NCBI RefSeq assembly: GCF_000025125.1
Contig: NC_013771.1
Span: 180,001 to 212,000 of the forward strand
Origin: Candidatus Atelocyanobacterium thalassa isolate ALOHA
GTDB lineage: Bacteria; Cyanobacteriota; Cyanobacteriia; Cyanobacteriales; Microcystaceae
Direction: 5' to 3'
Length of the DNA stretch: 32,000 nt
Shown here: in pieces, positions 9,442-21,109 of the stretch
Numbering within the stretch: the stretch's first letter is position 1
How the letters are laid out: each line of letters begins with the position of its first letter
Made by a program: the position numbers and the translations under genes
Notes under the pieces: generated by a model
The model's input: the letters and a program-made list of their open reading frames with translations, nothing else
What the model was told of the DNA's origin: nothing
Databases searched by the model: none

Positions 9442-10674
9442 TTACATAGTTAGAAGCTGAGTATTACTTTCTATTACTTTTGCGAGATCCTGTAAGAAAG
9501 AAGCTGCATGAGAACCATAAATTATACGATGGTCACATGTTATATTGACTGTCATCTTATTTTGAATTCCAAATAGTTTATCTGAAATTGCTATTACATG
9601 AGGCTTAGAAGCTCCAATTGCCAAAATAGAACCCTGTTCTGGAGGTAAAATAGCGTCAAATGTATCTACTCCAAACATACCTAAGTTTGACAAGGTAAAT
9701 GTACCATTACTATATTCACTAGGTTTTAATTCTCTTGTTCGTGCTCTAGATAATAAATCTTTCCAGATCCGAGAAAGAGAATAAATATCTGTTTTATCTA
9801 CGTTGTTTAAAACTGGGGTAATTAGGCCGCCATCAGGCATAGCTACAGCTATCGCGATATTGATAGATTCACAATATTGAATACCTGAACTTTCATATTT
9901 AGCGTTTATCAATGAATGTTTTCGTAATGTTAAAGCAATAGCTTTTGCTAAAATAACAGTCATTGTAACGCCTTTAGTTTTAATACTTTGATACAATTTA
10001 TCCAATTGTTCCGTATTAATATCATAACTTACTCTAAATACTGGAATTCCTAAAGTAGCTAACATATTTTTTGCTACTGTCTTTTGCATAGTGCTGAACG
10101 GAATAACTTCTTGGGATGTATTAATTTTAGAGTCGACAATTGTTTTGTTTTCTTGCTTATCTTGGAGATCTTCTGTCACAATTCTGCCATATGGGCCGCT
10201 ACCTTTGATTTTGTTCAAATCTATCCCTAAGTCCCTAGCTATTTTTTTGGCTCTTGGAGATGCTATTATACGTCCTTTAAACTTTTCTAGGTTATTAGTA
10301 TCTACAAAGGAATTAGATTCACCTTGATAACTTTCAGTAGAGTTTTTCTCTATTATCTTTTCTTCAATTTTTGACGAAAAATTAGATTTTTTAAAAATAG
10401 ATGGAGCTTTGTCCTGGGCATTAGTAATTTCTTCTTTAGTTTCTGCTATTAAAGCAATTGCTTCTCCTACAGGAGCTTCTTCCCCAGCCTTGACTAAAAT
10501 AGTCGCAAGATAACCATCATAAAAAGACTCCACATCCATGTCTGCCTTATCTGATTCTATAATTACGACAGTTTCTCCTTTTGTAACTTTGTCACCAGGA
10601 GATTTTTCCCAAGAAATAATTTTCCCTTCAGTCATTGTAGAACTCAAGGCTGGCATGAAAATGTCATAAATCAT
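9442..10674 (-). CDS. pdhC: Dihydrolipoamide acetyltransferase (E2 of the pyruvate dehydrogenase complex)
   Basis: 410 aa. Single lipoyl domain with ESDKADMDVE, E3/E1-binding domain ASPRAKKIARDLGIDL, and catalytic C-terminus DHRIIYGSHAASF. Confidence 0.9.
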   Translation of the reverse strand: MIYDIFMPALSSTMTEGKIISWEKSPGDKVTKGETVVIIESDKADMDVESFYDGYLATILVKAGEEAPVGEAIALIAETKEEITNAQDKAPSIFKKSNFSSKIEEKIIEKNSTESYQGESNSFVDTNNLEKFKGRIIASPRAKKIARDLGIDLNKIKGSGPYGRIVTEDLQDKQENKTIVDSKINTSQEVIPFSTMQKTVAKNMLATLGIPVFRVSYDINTEQLDKLYQSIKTKGVTMTVILAKAIALTLRKHSLINAKYESSGIQYCESINIAIAVAMPDGGLITPVLNNVDKTDIYSLSRIWKDLLSRARTRELKPSEYSNGTFTLSNLGMFGVDTFDAILPPEQGSILAIGASKPHVIAISDKLFGIQNKMTVNITCDHRIIYGSHAASFLQDLAKVIESNTQLLTM

Positions 10675-11060
10675 AAAGTATTATTTTTATTTTGTAGTAT
10701 TAAAGTATTAATAAATAAATAATCAAAACAAGAAAATTAAACAGATCTTGAAATTCGATAACGTATTTTATTGTAACGGAAAAATAATAATTTTAGCATT
10801 GATAAGTAAGAAGTAAAAAAGTTGGGAAATCATTCTTTTATCTACCTTTTTATTGAATAACTTTCAAGGATATATTGACTTATTGATTAATTCTTATATT
10901 TCTAAAAATGATGGAACAAAATCATTTAAATCTTTTACTTTCTTATTTACTAGAATTGTTTTTAATATGAAAATAAATCTAGTCTATCAAATACTATATG
11001 TGGAATATTTATCGATCAATTTAAAAAATAGTAATTTAAATAACAGAAATCATGCTGTAC

Positions 11061-12332
11061 TTAATTAGAGTTTTTGTAAGTAAAAATTTTAAAATAAAGA
11101 CTTTGGAAAAATTCTTTTAAAGGAAAAATCAAAAAAATAACAGGATTTATAGTAACAATTATATTTCGGCAATCTTTTTTAGCATTCTTAATAATTTGCT
11201 TTGCTACCCAATTTGCCGACATAATTCCAATAGGATTAAGCTTACTTTTAAAAGGACCTAATATTAATTTTCTAACAATACAAGGAGCATCTAACCGGCG
11301 AAGCGTAACTAAATTTCCTAAAGCTCTTTTACTTAGTTCATACAATGGGCTAAAGGCAGGCATTACTTCTGCTTCTGATGTATTAATCCAAACTTCCTTA
11401 CAAGCTTTATCTCGATTAGTTTTAATAGTTTGGAAAAATAGCTCCATTAATCGACAACTTGAAAACGTATTAACTTCATAAGATTCCTTAATAAATTCTA
11501 TACTTCTTTTGCTATTAACATTTATTCCATGATTAATTATTAATATGTCAATTTTAAGTAGTTCATTTATTAGTTCATGCTCTTTTCCTACTTCCCATAT
11601 TAATGTTTTAACAGGCAAATCATAGCCATTCATGTCTAAAGTAATAGATTTATTTTTAGAGCTAAAAGCAACTATTTTGGCTTGGTTAAGATGTAATATT
11701 TTCAATATTTCAATTCCAAGAGTTCCAGAGGCACCTGTCACTCCAACAGTTTTACCTTTCAAAGACAAAGCTGTTCCCATAACTTTGTCGACTAATGCTA
11801 ATGTACCACTGTAATAAGCTTTCTGATTATCAAAGTGATGTCTCCAATGATAAGGACGATTTATGAACCATTGAGCAGGTAAAGAAGAAAATTGCCCAGG
11901 ATGATGAGTAAGATCAGTAATTTTATCCATATTAGGAAGCCCTGATCCACGAAAAATTGCTCCCAACAGAAAGAATGAAGAGTAGAAGAATCCAGATTCT
12001 GCGAACCACCAATAGTCAACATTAAATGACCATAAGATTATTACAGGGATAGTACCAAAAAACATCATAACTAAAGCTTCTGGTACATCATTATACCAAT
12101 GAGCTTTACGATAGATTTCTTGGCTAACAGGATTAAAATTTGAGTTGAATACTCTATGATGCCAATTATGAAAACGATATAGTGCTTGCCAGTTATGGGC
12201 AAGAATATGATAGAAGTCCCGAACAATTTCTACCCAAACAATTAAGCCCAAACAAAGTGTAATAATAAATACGATATCAGTCATAATGGAGTCATATGAA
12301 TACTTATTTTGTATTATAAATAAATAGTCCAA
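11061..12332 (-). CDS. Fusion protein: membrane fatty-acid-hydroxylase/sterol-desaturase-like domain plus short-chain dehydrogenase/reductase
   Basis: The N-terminal half is hydrophobic with His boxes HILAH, HNWHH and HWRHH. The C-terminal half has the SDR motifs GVTGASGTLG, NHG and YELSK (YxxxK). The start may be ATG 12284 (MTDIVFII...) rather than 12332. Confidence 0.8.
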   Translation of the reverse strand: MDYLFIIQNKYSYDSIMTDIVFIITLCLGLIVWVEIVRDFYHILAHNWQALYRFHNWHHRVFNSNFNPVSQEIYRKAHWYNDVPEALVMMFFGTIPVIILWSFNVDYWWFAESGFFYSSFFLLGAIFRGSGLPNMDKITDLTHHPGQFSSLPAQWFINRPYHWRHHFDNQKAYYSGTLALVDKVMGTALSLKGKTVGVTGASGTLGIEILKILHLNQAKIVAFSSKNKSITLDMNGYDLPVKTLIWEVGKEHELINELLKIDILIINHGINVNSKRSIEFIKESYEVNTFSSCRLMELFFQTIKTNRDKACKEVWINTSEAEVMPAFSPLYELSKRALGNLVTLRRLDAPCIVRKLILGPFKSKLNPIGIMSANWVAKQIIKNAKKDCRNIIVTINPVIFLIFPLKEFFQSLYFKIFTYKNSN

Positions 12333-12650
12333 AATATTGTCGAAGTTATTTAAAAAGAGATTTTACTCCTCTACAAATATTACAAACATATTTTTTATTA
12401 ATTATCTATAAAATACTTTATTAAATTGTTCTAATATAAATTATGTTAATAGTTTTAATTTTGAGGAACATCAAATCAATAGTAACAAATTAAATCTTTA
12501 GATTAATGTATCTAAAATAATTAATTTTTATTTTTTAGATGGCTAATTAATTATTCTTTTTTAGAAATTACTCAATGATTTATCCTTAATTATTAGCTAT
12601 TTACTTTATACTTTTATTTAGTTATATTTTCTAACTAATTGATTCTTGAT

Positions 12651-14159
12651 ATGAACAGAAATTTAAGAGAATTTATAAAAGAAGTTGATCAAAGAAAACA
12701 ACTAAGACGTATTAAAACTTTAGTAGATCCTGAATTAGAAATTGCAGAAATTTCTAATAGGCTTTTACAAGCAGGGGGACCAGCATTACTTTTTGAAAAT
12801 GTCAAAGGCTCTAACTTTCCTTTAGTTGTTAATTTATTAGGAACTGTAGAAAGAGTATGTTGGGCTTTAAAAGTCGAAAAGCCTGAAGAGTTAGAAATTC
12901 TAGGCAAAAAGCTAGCAATGTTGCAACAGCCTAAGCCACCAAAAAATATCTCTCAAGCAATTGATTTCGGAAAAGTACTTTTTGATGTCATTAAAGCAAA
13001 ATCTGGCAATAGCTTTTTTCCTCCTTGTCAGCAATTAATTCTTAAAGATGAAAAAGTTGACCTTTCAATTCTTCCCTTAATACGTCCCTACCCAAAAGAT
13101 GCAGGAAAAATAATTACTTTTGGGTTAGTTATAACAAAAGACTGTGAGACTGGTACTGCTAACGTTGGTGTTTATCGTTTGCAGCTGCAATCAAAAAATA
13201 CAATGACAGTACATTGGTTGTCTGTAAGGGGAGGCGCTAGGCACCTTCGGAAAGCGAAAGAAGCAGGGAAAAAATTAGAGGTTGCTATAGCGTTAGGAGT
13301 TGATCCTTTAATTATCATGGCAGCTGCAACTCCAATTCCAGTAGATCTTTCAGAATGGTTATTTGCTGGTTTATATGCAGGTTCAGGTGTTCCTCTTACA
13401 AAATGTAAAACTTTAAACCTAGAAGTTCCAGCTGAAGCTGAATTTATTTTAGAAGGTACAATAAATCCAGGTGAAGTAATGGCTGATGGTCCTTTCGGAG
13501 ATCATATGGGATATTACGGAGGAAAAGAAGATTCTCCTTTAATACATTTTCATTGCATAACACATCGTAAAGAACCAATTTATTTAACAACTTTTAGTGG
13601 TCGCCCCCCCAAAGAAGAGGCAATGATTGCCATAGCTCTAAATAGAATTTATACTCCTATTCTAAGGCAGCAAATTACTGAAATTAAAGATTTCTTTCTT
13701 CCTATGGAAGCTTTGAGTTACAAAGTAGCTATTATTTCTATTAAGAAAGCTTATCCTGGTCATGCTCGACGTGCTGCCTTAGCCTTTTGGAGTGTTTTAC
13801 CTCAATTTACTTATACTAAATTTGTGGTTGTTGTTGATGAAAATATTAATATACGCGATCCAAGACAGGTAATGTGGGCTATTAGTTCTAAGACTGACCC
13901 ATCAAGAGATGTTTTCATCATAGAAGATACTCCTTTTGACACTTTAGATTTTGCTAGTGAGAAAATTGGTTTAGGTGGGAGGATGGGAATAGATGCCACC
14001 ACCAAAATTTATCCTGAAACTAACCATGAATGGGGAGAACCTTTAGAACCTGATGCCAGTACCACTCAATTAGTGGATCAACGCTGGTCAGAATATGGAT
14101 TAGGTAACATAACTTTAAAAGAAGTAAATGCCAACTTGTTTGGTTATGACATTCTATAG
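12651..14159 (+). CDS. ubiD: UbiD-family (prenylated-FMN dependent) aromatic decarboxylase, 4-hydroxybenzoate-prenyl decarboxylase type
   Basis: About 500 aa. N-terminus is NLREFIKEVDQRKQLRRI, with internal GPFGDHMGYYG and a typical UbiD length. The track start at 12639 is a TTG; the ATG at 12651 is more plausible. Confidence 0.9.
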   Translation: MNRNLREFIKEVDQRKQLRRIKTLVDPELEIAEISNRLLQAGGPALLFENVKGSNFPLVVNLLGTVERVCWALKVEKPEELEILGKKLAMLQQPKPPKNISQAIDFGKVLFDVIKAKSGNSFFPPCQQLILKDEKVDLSILPLIRPYPKDAGKIITFGLVITKDCETGTANVGVYRLQLQSKNTMTVHWLSVRGGARHLRKAKEAGKKLEVAIALGVDPLIIMAAATPIPVDLSEWLFAGLYAGSGVPLTKCKTLNLEVPAEAEFILEGTINPGEVMADGPFGDHMGYYGGKEDSPLIHFHCITHRKEPIYLTTFSGRPPKEEAMIAIALNRIYTPILRQQITEIKDFFLPMEALSYKVAIISIKKAYPGHARRAALAFWSVLPQFTYTKFVVVVDENINIRDPRQVMWAISSKTDPSRDVFIIEDTPFDTLDFASEKIGLGGRMGIDATTKIYPETNHEWGEPLEPDASTTQLVDQRWSEYGLGNITLKEVNANLFGYDIL

Positions 14160-14401
14160 TAATTGAATTTTATCGAAAAATAATAAATAATATGACAAAA
14201 CTATTGGGAAGTATTGAAAAATTAATTTTCTAAACTTCATACCTTTAATACAGTATGTAATTTTTCTTAAACATAAATAAGCGCTAGCATATAAGCAAAC
14301 AATACTTTTAAGCAGCTTTAGATTGCTATATGTTAGAATCTTTTAATATTTCACTGTGATTAAGGAACCACAAAAAACTTCAATATTCAACTAATTATTA
14401 A

Positions 14402-16339
<1,938 letters not shown>

Positions 16340-16815
16340 AAATTACACCTATACATTTAGATTTAAGTTCACTCATTAAATATTTTGAATAGTATTGTCT
16401 CGTTTTGAATAATAAGTAAAAATTAATTGAATATTTTGTAAAATTATATGCCATTAATATCTGATATATTTATGGTGAACATCATTTAGATGTCATATTC
16501 AATATAAAATACCTAGTCTAAGGGGAATAAGTTGTTGGCTTAATAGTTAAGTTTCTGATTAATAACTCTTATCTTTAAAGATTTTTAATGGCTCATATGT
16601 AAAATACCTTTGTCAATTTACTTCAAAAACATTATTAGTATACTTGTTTTACTATTTTAAGACAGTTTAATCATAGTTATACTATTTTGAAATAGTATTT
16701 TCTAAGACAAATAATAGTTTTTCTTCATCGGTATTTCCAATTAGTTTAAAAGATAAAACTAGGTATTATTATTTTTTTATAAAAGACAAGCAAATATAAA
16801 ATTCATTATTTATAT

Positions 16816-17559
16816 TTAGGAAACTAATATTTTTTGCAGTTTAACAACATTACCAACAATAACAACTGCTGGAGCTTGAAAATCTTGCTGTTTAACTTGC
16901 TCAACAACTAATCCCAACGTACTTATTAATTGTTCCTGTTTGAGCATAGTTCCCCAACGTATTAGAGCAATTGGGGTTTTAGATATTAATCCTTCTAATA
17001 ACAATTGAGTTACGATATTCGCCAAATTGTGGATTCCCATATAAATAACGATAGTTTCTGCACCATTAGCAATTGCTGACCAATTGACTCCGGGGCGATA
17101 CTTACCTACAGCTTCATGTCCAGTGACAAATGTTACGGAAGAACTATAATTTCGATGAGTAATTGGAATTCCTGCATATGCAGGAGCTGCAATTCCTGCA
17201 GTAATACCAGGGACAACTTCGACTGAAATTCCAGCATTTATAAGGTCTTCCATTTCTTCCCCTCCTCTGCCAAAGACGAATGGATCTCCACCTTTTAATC
17301 TTACTACCACAGGATGTTTTTTTGCTTGCTCTATTAAAATTGTGGTAGTTTCTATTTGTAACTTAGAATGACTTCCCCTACGCTTTCCTACATTAATTTT
17401 AATCGCATCACTATTGATCATATTAAGAATTTCAGAGCTTATAAGGGCATCATAAACTACTACATTGGCATGTTTTAATAATTTTTGACCCTTTATGGTC
17501 ATTAAATCAGGGTCGCCTGGTCCTGAGCCTACTAAGTAGACTTTAGATGTTTCACTCAT
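16816..17559 (-). CDS. cobA: Uroporphyrinogen-III C-methyltransferase
   Basis: 247 aa with VYLVGSGPGDPDLMTIKG and RLKGGDPFVFGRGGEE. Its ATG shares one base with the cbiX stop (TAATG at 17557-17561). Confidence 0.9.
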   Translation of the reverse strand: MSETSKVYLVGSGPGDPDLMTIKGQKLLKHANVVVYDALISSEILNMINSDAIKINVGKRRGSHSKLQIETTTILIEQAKKHPVVVRLKGGDPFVFGRGGEEMEDLINAGISVEVVPGITAGIAAPAYAGIPITHRNYSSSVTFVTGHEAVGKYRPGVNWSAIANGAETIVIYMGIHNLANIVTQLLLEGLISKTPIALIRWGTMLKQEQLISTLGLVVEQVKQQDFQAPAVVIVGNVVKLQKILVS

Positions 17560-18209
17560 TATTTTATTACCTCGTCTACAATTAATTTAACAAGATCGAA
17601 AGTCTCTCCTATTGGATGTCCTAAATTAATCTGGATCTCAGGTAAATTACTTTGTATTTTTTTAATTTGTTGAGTAATGATAGTTGTGATTTTTCCTCGA
17701 AAAAGAAAATAAGGAATAATAGTAATTGCTAATTTATTTTGTTTTAATAATATATTAATTTGATCAGACAAATCTGGTTTCATTCCCCAGTAGGCTGTAA
17801 TTGCATTCAGATTGCTAGCAATAACTTCAATGGTATTATTTCCATCTTTAAAATGGCTACCATGGGAAATAATTATTTTAGCATTCATTTGAGAGCATAT
17901 CGAAAACTGATTAGATAAAAGATTTGACAAACCTTTATAGCTACCTAAGTGTGGACATAACTCTAAATTAATCAGATTACCTATTTTTTTCTGAGCAGTA
18001 CTAATTTCTAATGGAATATCTTGTTTGACATGTATGCCAGGAAATAAAAACATTGGAATAATTTTTAGGTTTTTAATTCCGTATTTATTTATCTTTAAGG
18101 CAAATTGTTGAATCTTTTTAGCTAAAGATATTTGCGATAACTCTAAAGTTGCCACCTCAACGATAACTGCCTGAAGAAATATTATGATAACAGCTATTAG
18201 AGTTTTCAT
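17559..18209 (-). CDS. cbiX: CbiX/SirB-type sirohydrochlorin chelatase, downstream frame only (lacks the N-terminal HGSRD motif)
   Basis: 216-aa ORF. It contains ATLELS..., PMFLFPGIHVKQDIP and the second-half repeat IIISHGSHFKDG, PYFLFRGKIT, typical of long CbiX. A TAA sits immediately upstream of its ATG. Confidence 0.75.
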   Translation of the reverse strand: MKTLIAVIIIFLQAVIVEVATLELSQISLAKKIQQFALKINKYGIKNLKIIPMFLFPGIHVKQDIPLEISTAQKKIGNLINLELCPHLGSYKGLSNLLSNQFSICSQMNAKIIISHGSHFKDGNNTIEVIASNLNAITAYWGMKPDLSDQINILLKQNKLAITIIPYFLFRGKITTIITQQIKKIQSNLPEIQINLGHPIGETFDLVKLIVDEVIK

Positions 18210-18336
18210 TTATAACTTTTTTATTGAGATAATTAAGTTGCCAGGATATCAAATAGGATAGTCTTTTTAAGGAAACTTGAGATTGTAAATCACGACTACC
18301 ATGAACAACTAGAAGATAAGCTGATGTAGAAATCAA
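18157..18336 (-). pseudogene. cbiX: Out-of-frame N-terminal fragment of cbiX
   Basis: My translation from TTG 18336 gives (M)ISTSAYLLVVHGSRDLQSQVSLKRLSYLISWQLNYLNKKVINENSNSCYHNISSGSYR*. AYLLVVHGSRD is the canonical CbiX N-terminal motif. At 59 codons it falls below the track cutoff. It overlaps the 17559-18209 ORF in another frame. Confidence 0.6.
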
Positions 18337-18674
18337 AATATTTAAAGTATATAATTATTATTTAGTGAAATTAACTTAAAAATTATTGATAAAAATAAAA
18401 AATAATCAAATGTAGTCAACTAAAGTCTATTTTTAGAACTAATCACATATCATATAAAAATGAATAATACTAACTTTTATCTAATATTCTTTAGATAATT
18501 ATTAGTTGATATATTATCAATTAAATTTTTATTTTATGGAAAGTTTATCTAAATATTAGAAAAAGTATACTATTGAATAATTATATAAATAAACCCTTTT
18601 CTTGACTCCTAATATTTTTATTAGATGATAAGGTAAGAATGCTCTTTTATTTTTTCTAGTCTTTATATAAAATA

Positions 18675-19283
18675 ATGTCTGATATAGATTCTTCTGCCCA
18701 ATTAAAACCAATTATATTAGATGACCTACCAGATTTTATGATTTCTGGATATCATTGTTCTACTCATATTCAAAAGCATATAGATCTTATTTTACTTGCT
18801 CTTGAGGCACTTGATTTAGGAGTATCAGAACAAATGCTAGCAACAGTTAAGCTTTTCAATTTGCAAAAAGTTATCAAAAACCGTATTGCACTTTGGCGTT
18901 TGAGATCTACTAATCCTTGGAGACGTGCTTATAATCGTGGTATTTTGTCTATTGAACAGGCGAAAGCTTTAGTTATAATTACAAACCATCATGTTAAACC
19001 TCTAACCGCAGACATTCGACAGTTATTGTTAGCCGAGCAACAAATGAGTAAAAATAATTTACCAGTAACCTGTCATTTTCTTTTGGCTGAATATTTAGAT
19101 CAATTTCGTGCTCATTTTCATAGTCGGATGAATCCTCGTCGTGCCAAAGTTGCACTATATTTAGATTCAGAGCACAAATTAAATGAATTAGCTTTAATAT
19201 TGCTTAAACAATTATTATTTTGTACAGGAACTTCTGGAATGCAACGTTTATGGGTTAGCTTATTTGATGGAGAAGTTATATGA
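18675..19283 (+). CDS. Cyanobacteria-specific protein, DUF3038-like
   Basis: 202 aa with LILLALEALDLG, NRIALWRLRSTNPWRR, RMNPRRAKV and LLFCTGTSGMQRLWVSLFDGEV. These match my recollection of the DUF3038 consensus. Confidence 0.7.
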   Translation: MSDIDSSAQLKPIILDDLPDFMISGYHCSTHIQKHIDLILLALEALDLGVSEQMLATVKLFNLQKVIKNRIALWRLRSTNPWRRAYNRGILSIEQAKALVIITNHHVKPLTADIRQLLLAEQQMSKNNLPVTCHFLLAEYLDQFRAHFHSRMNPRRAKVALYLDSEHKLNELALILLKQLLFCTGTSGMQRLWVSLFDGEVI

Positions 19284-19909
19284 ATATTAGACGATGCTAT
19301 AGTCTGCCTAACTGCACTTTGATTCTAGAAGGTTTAGATAATAAAGTTTCTAATAGTGAAACTCGTGAAATATTATCTGTATTGATCAATGTCGAATGTC
19401 AATTCACAGGTATTACTCAAAAAATAGAAGGGGGGAACGCGCTTTTTGAAAATCTTGTCAAAGCTACTAGTGAATATGTTCAAGCTTATTTAAGTGGAGT
19501 TTCTCATCCCTCACATTCTCAAACGGAAGAAAATATAATTAATATTGAAAAAATTATTGACAAAGATCTTCATTGTTTAGCTTGGAACCCCTCTACTGAG
19601 GATAGAGATGTTGTCAAAATCATACTGACAACAGTTCAGTTATTTGACTTAGTAGAAGGAATTGATCAATTTTTCGCTGACAACTACACTTTGCCTAACT
19701 TTAATTTACAATTAAAGCCAATATCTAAGCGTTATCATCATTCTGACGAATCATTTGTTGAACTAGTAATTCCAATTACCATAGGAATTTTTAGTTTAAG
19801 CTTTGTATCTTTACTGTTATCTTTTCTTCCCATTCCAGAAGTTGTTGAACCAAAACCTAGTTTATCTCCAGTGTCTATAGAAAGATCTTTACATTCCATT
19901 AATACATAA
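19280..19909 (+). CDS. Cyanobacteria-specific protein, DUF4335-like, with a C-terminal hydrophobic segment
   Basis: 209 aa. The N-terminus RRCYSLPNCTLILEGL resembles DUF4335. A hydrophobic stretch LVIPITIGIFSLSFVSLLLSFLPI lies near the C-terminus. The start overlaps the upstream stop as ATGA (19280-19283). Confidence 0.6.
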   Translation: MNIRRCYSLPNCTLILEGLDNKVSNSETREILSVLINVECQFTGITQKIEGGNALFENLVKATSEYVQAYLSGVSHPSHSQTEENIINIEKIIDKDLHCLAWNPSTEDRDVVKIILTTVQLFDLVEGIDQFFADNYTLPNFNLQLKPISKRYHHSDESFVELVIPITIGIFSLSFVSLLLSFLPIPEVVEPKPSLSPVSIERSLHSINT

Positions 19910-19966
19910 AAATAAATTATTTTATTGAAATATTCTTTAGTTGAACATATAAATTATTTTATGATC

Positions 19967-21109
19967 TTAAAATTGGAAAATTTTACCTCTTTCAACTTTT
20001 ATAATTTGTGAAGATTTCAACCACTCTGTGTCAAAAGTAGGTAAATGAGTAGTTGTAATAAGTGTTTGGAACTTTCCTTGAATAGCCTCTAGTAATTGCT
20101 TTTGCCTATTGTGATCTAATTCAGCCAATACATCGTCAAGTAACAACAATGGAGGTTCCCCAATCACATCTTCAATTAACTGAAGTTCAGCTAATTTAAT
20201 AGCTAAAACTAAAGTTCTCTGTTGTCCTTGGGAACCATAAAATTTTGCTTGATTTTTATTAATATTAAACTCTACATCATCTCGATGAGGTCCAACAACT
20301 GTTGTAGCAAGATTTCTTTCAATAATACTACGTTGCTCTATTTTCTCTAAAAATCTTTGTTGTATTGTTTGATGATTCTCATTTTCAATAGTTATATTCG
20401 ATAAATAATTAATATCTAATAATTCTGCCTTTCCACTAATACTTTTGTGCCATTTTTGTGCTAGAGGAACTAATCTTTGTATTACACGATTTCGCCTTCT
20501 AGTAACTCTCGTTCCTGCTTCTGCAAGTTGTTCATCCCACAATTTTAATTGAGATATTGTAGTCATGAAATTATCAGATTTTTTTGAATCGTTAAACTGC
20601 TTTCGAATTATTTTAAGGAGAGAGTTTCTTTGTCTTAAAATTTTATGGTATTGATTAATGATATGAGCATAAATAGGTTCTAATTGGATCAAAAGAGTAT
20701 CTAACCAAATACGACGAATTTCTGGTGATCCTCTTACTAAGTCCAAATCCAAACATGAAAATTCTACTGCGTTAATATGACCTAAAAATTCAAGATGGCG
20801 ATGAAGTTTTTCATGGTTTAACATTAAGCTACGTTTACCACTTGAACGAAGTGTAATACTTAACTCAGATTGTCCATAAATTCTTTCAACATTAGCTGTG
20901 ATTTGACTACTTTTTTCTCCTTCTAATATTAGATCTTGATCTCTTCTTGTGCGATGACTTTTTAGAGTAGCCAATAACTCTATTGCTTCAAGTAAATTAG
21001 ATTTCCCTTGAGCGTTATTACCTAATAAAATTGTCTTTTGTGACTGTAAGTTAACTGACTGTTTATAATAGTTACGAAAAGTATATAAATGAATATTTTT
21101 TAAATACAT
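19967..21109 (-). CDS. recF: DNA replication and repair protein RecF
   Basis: 380 aa. Walker A GNNAQGKSNLLEAI, signature region GSQGQQRTLVLAIKLAE, Walker B LLLLDDVLAELD. Confidence 0.95.
   Translation of the reverse strand: MYLKNIHLYTFRNYYKQSVNLQSQKTILLGNNAQGKSNLLEAIELLATLKSHRTRRDQDLILEGEKSSQITANVERIYGQSELSITLRSSGKRSLMLNHEKLHRHLEFLGHINAVEFSCLDLDLVRGSPEIRRIWLDTLLIQLEPIYAHIINQYHKILRQRNSLLKIIRKQFNDSKKSDNFMTTISQLKLWDEQLAEAGTRVTRRRNRVIQRLVPLAQKWHKSISGKAELLDINYLSNITIENENHQTIQQRFLEKIEQRSIIERNLATTVVGPHRDDVEFNINKNQAKFYGSQGQQRTLVLAIKLAELQLIEDVIGEPPLLLLDDVLAELDHNRQKQLLEAIQGKFQTLITTTHLPTFDTEWLKSSQIIKVERGKIFQF

Noticed and set aside
10853-11068. 71-aa plus-strand ORF in the pdhC / hydroxylase-SDR spacer
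   Set aside because: It has a TTG start and an Asn/Ile/Leu/Lys-rich translation typical of random AT-rich DNA. No recognisable motif, and its end overlaps the neighbouring gene.
16515-16580. tRNA-like or degraded tRNA (ggggaataagttgttggcttaatagttaag...)
   Set aside because: No acceptor-stem complementarity, no GTTCGAAT-type T-loop and no D-loop consensus. It is only a small cttaa/ttaag hairpin.
18337-18674. Cobalamin riboswitch or other leader upstream of cbiX-cobA
   Set aside because: The region is almost pure A/T, with no B12-box-like GC-rich core. I found only a short palindrome, ttgatatattatcaa (18506-18520), which is unremarkable at this base composition.
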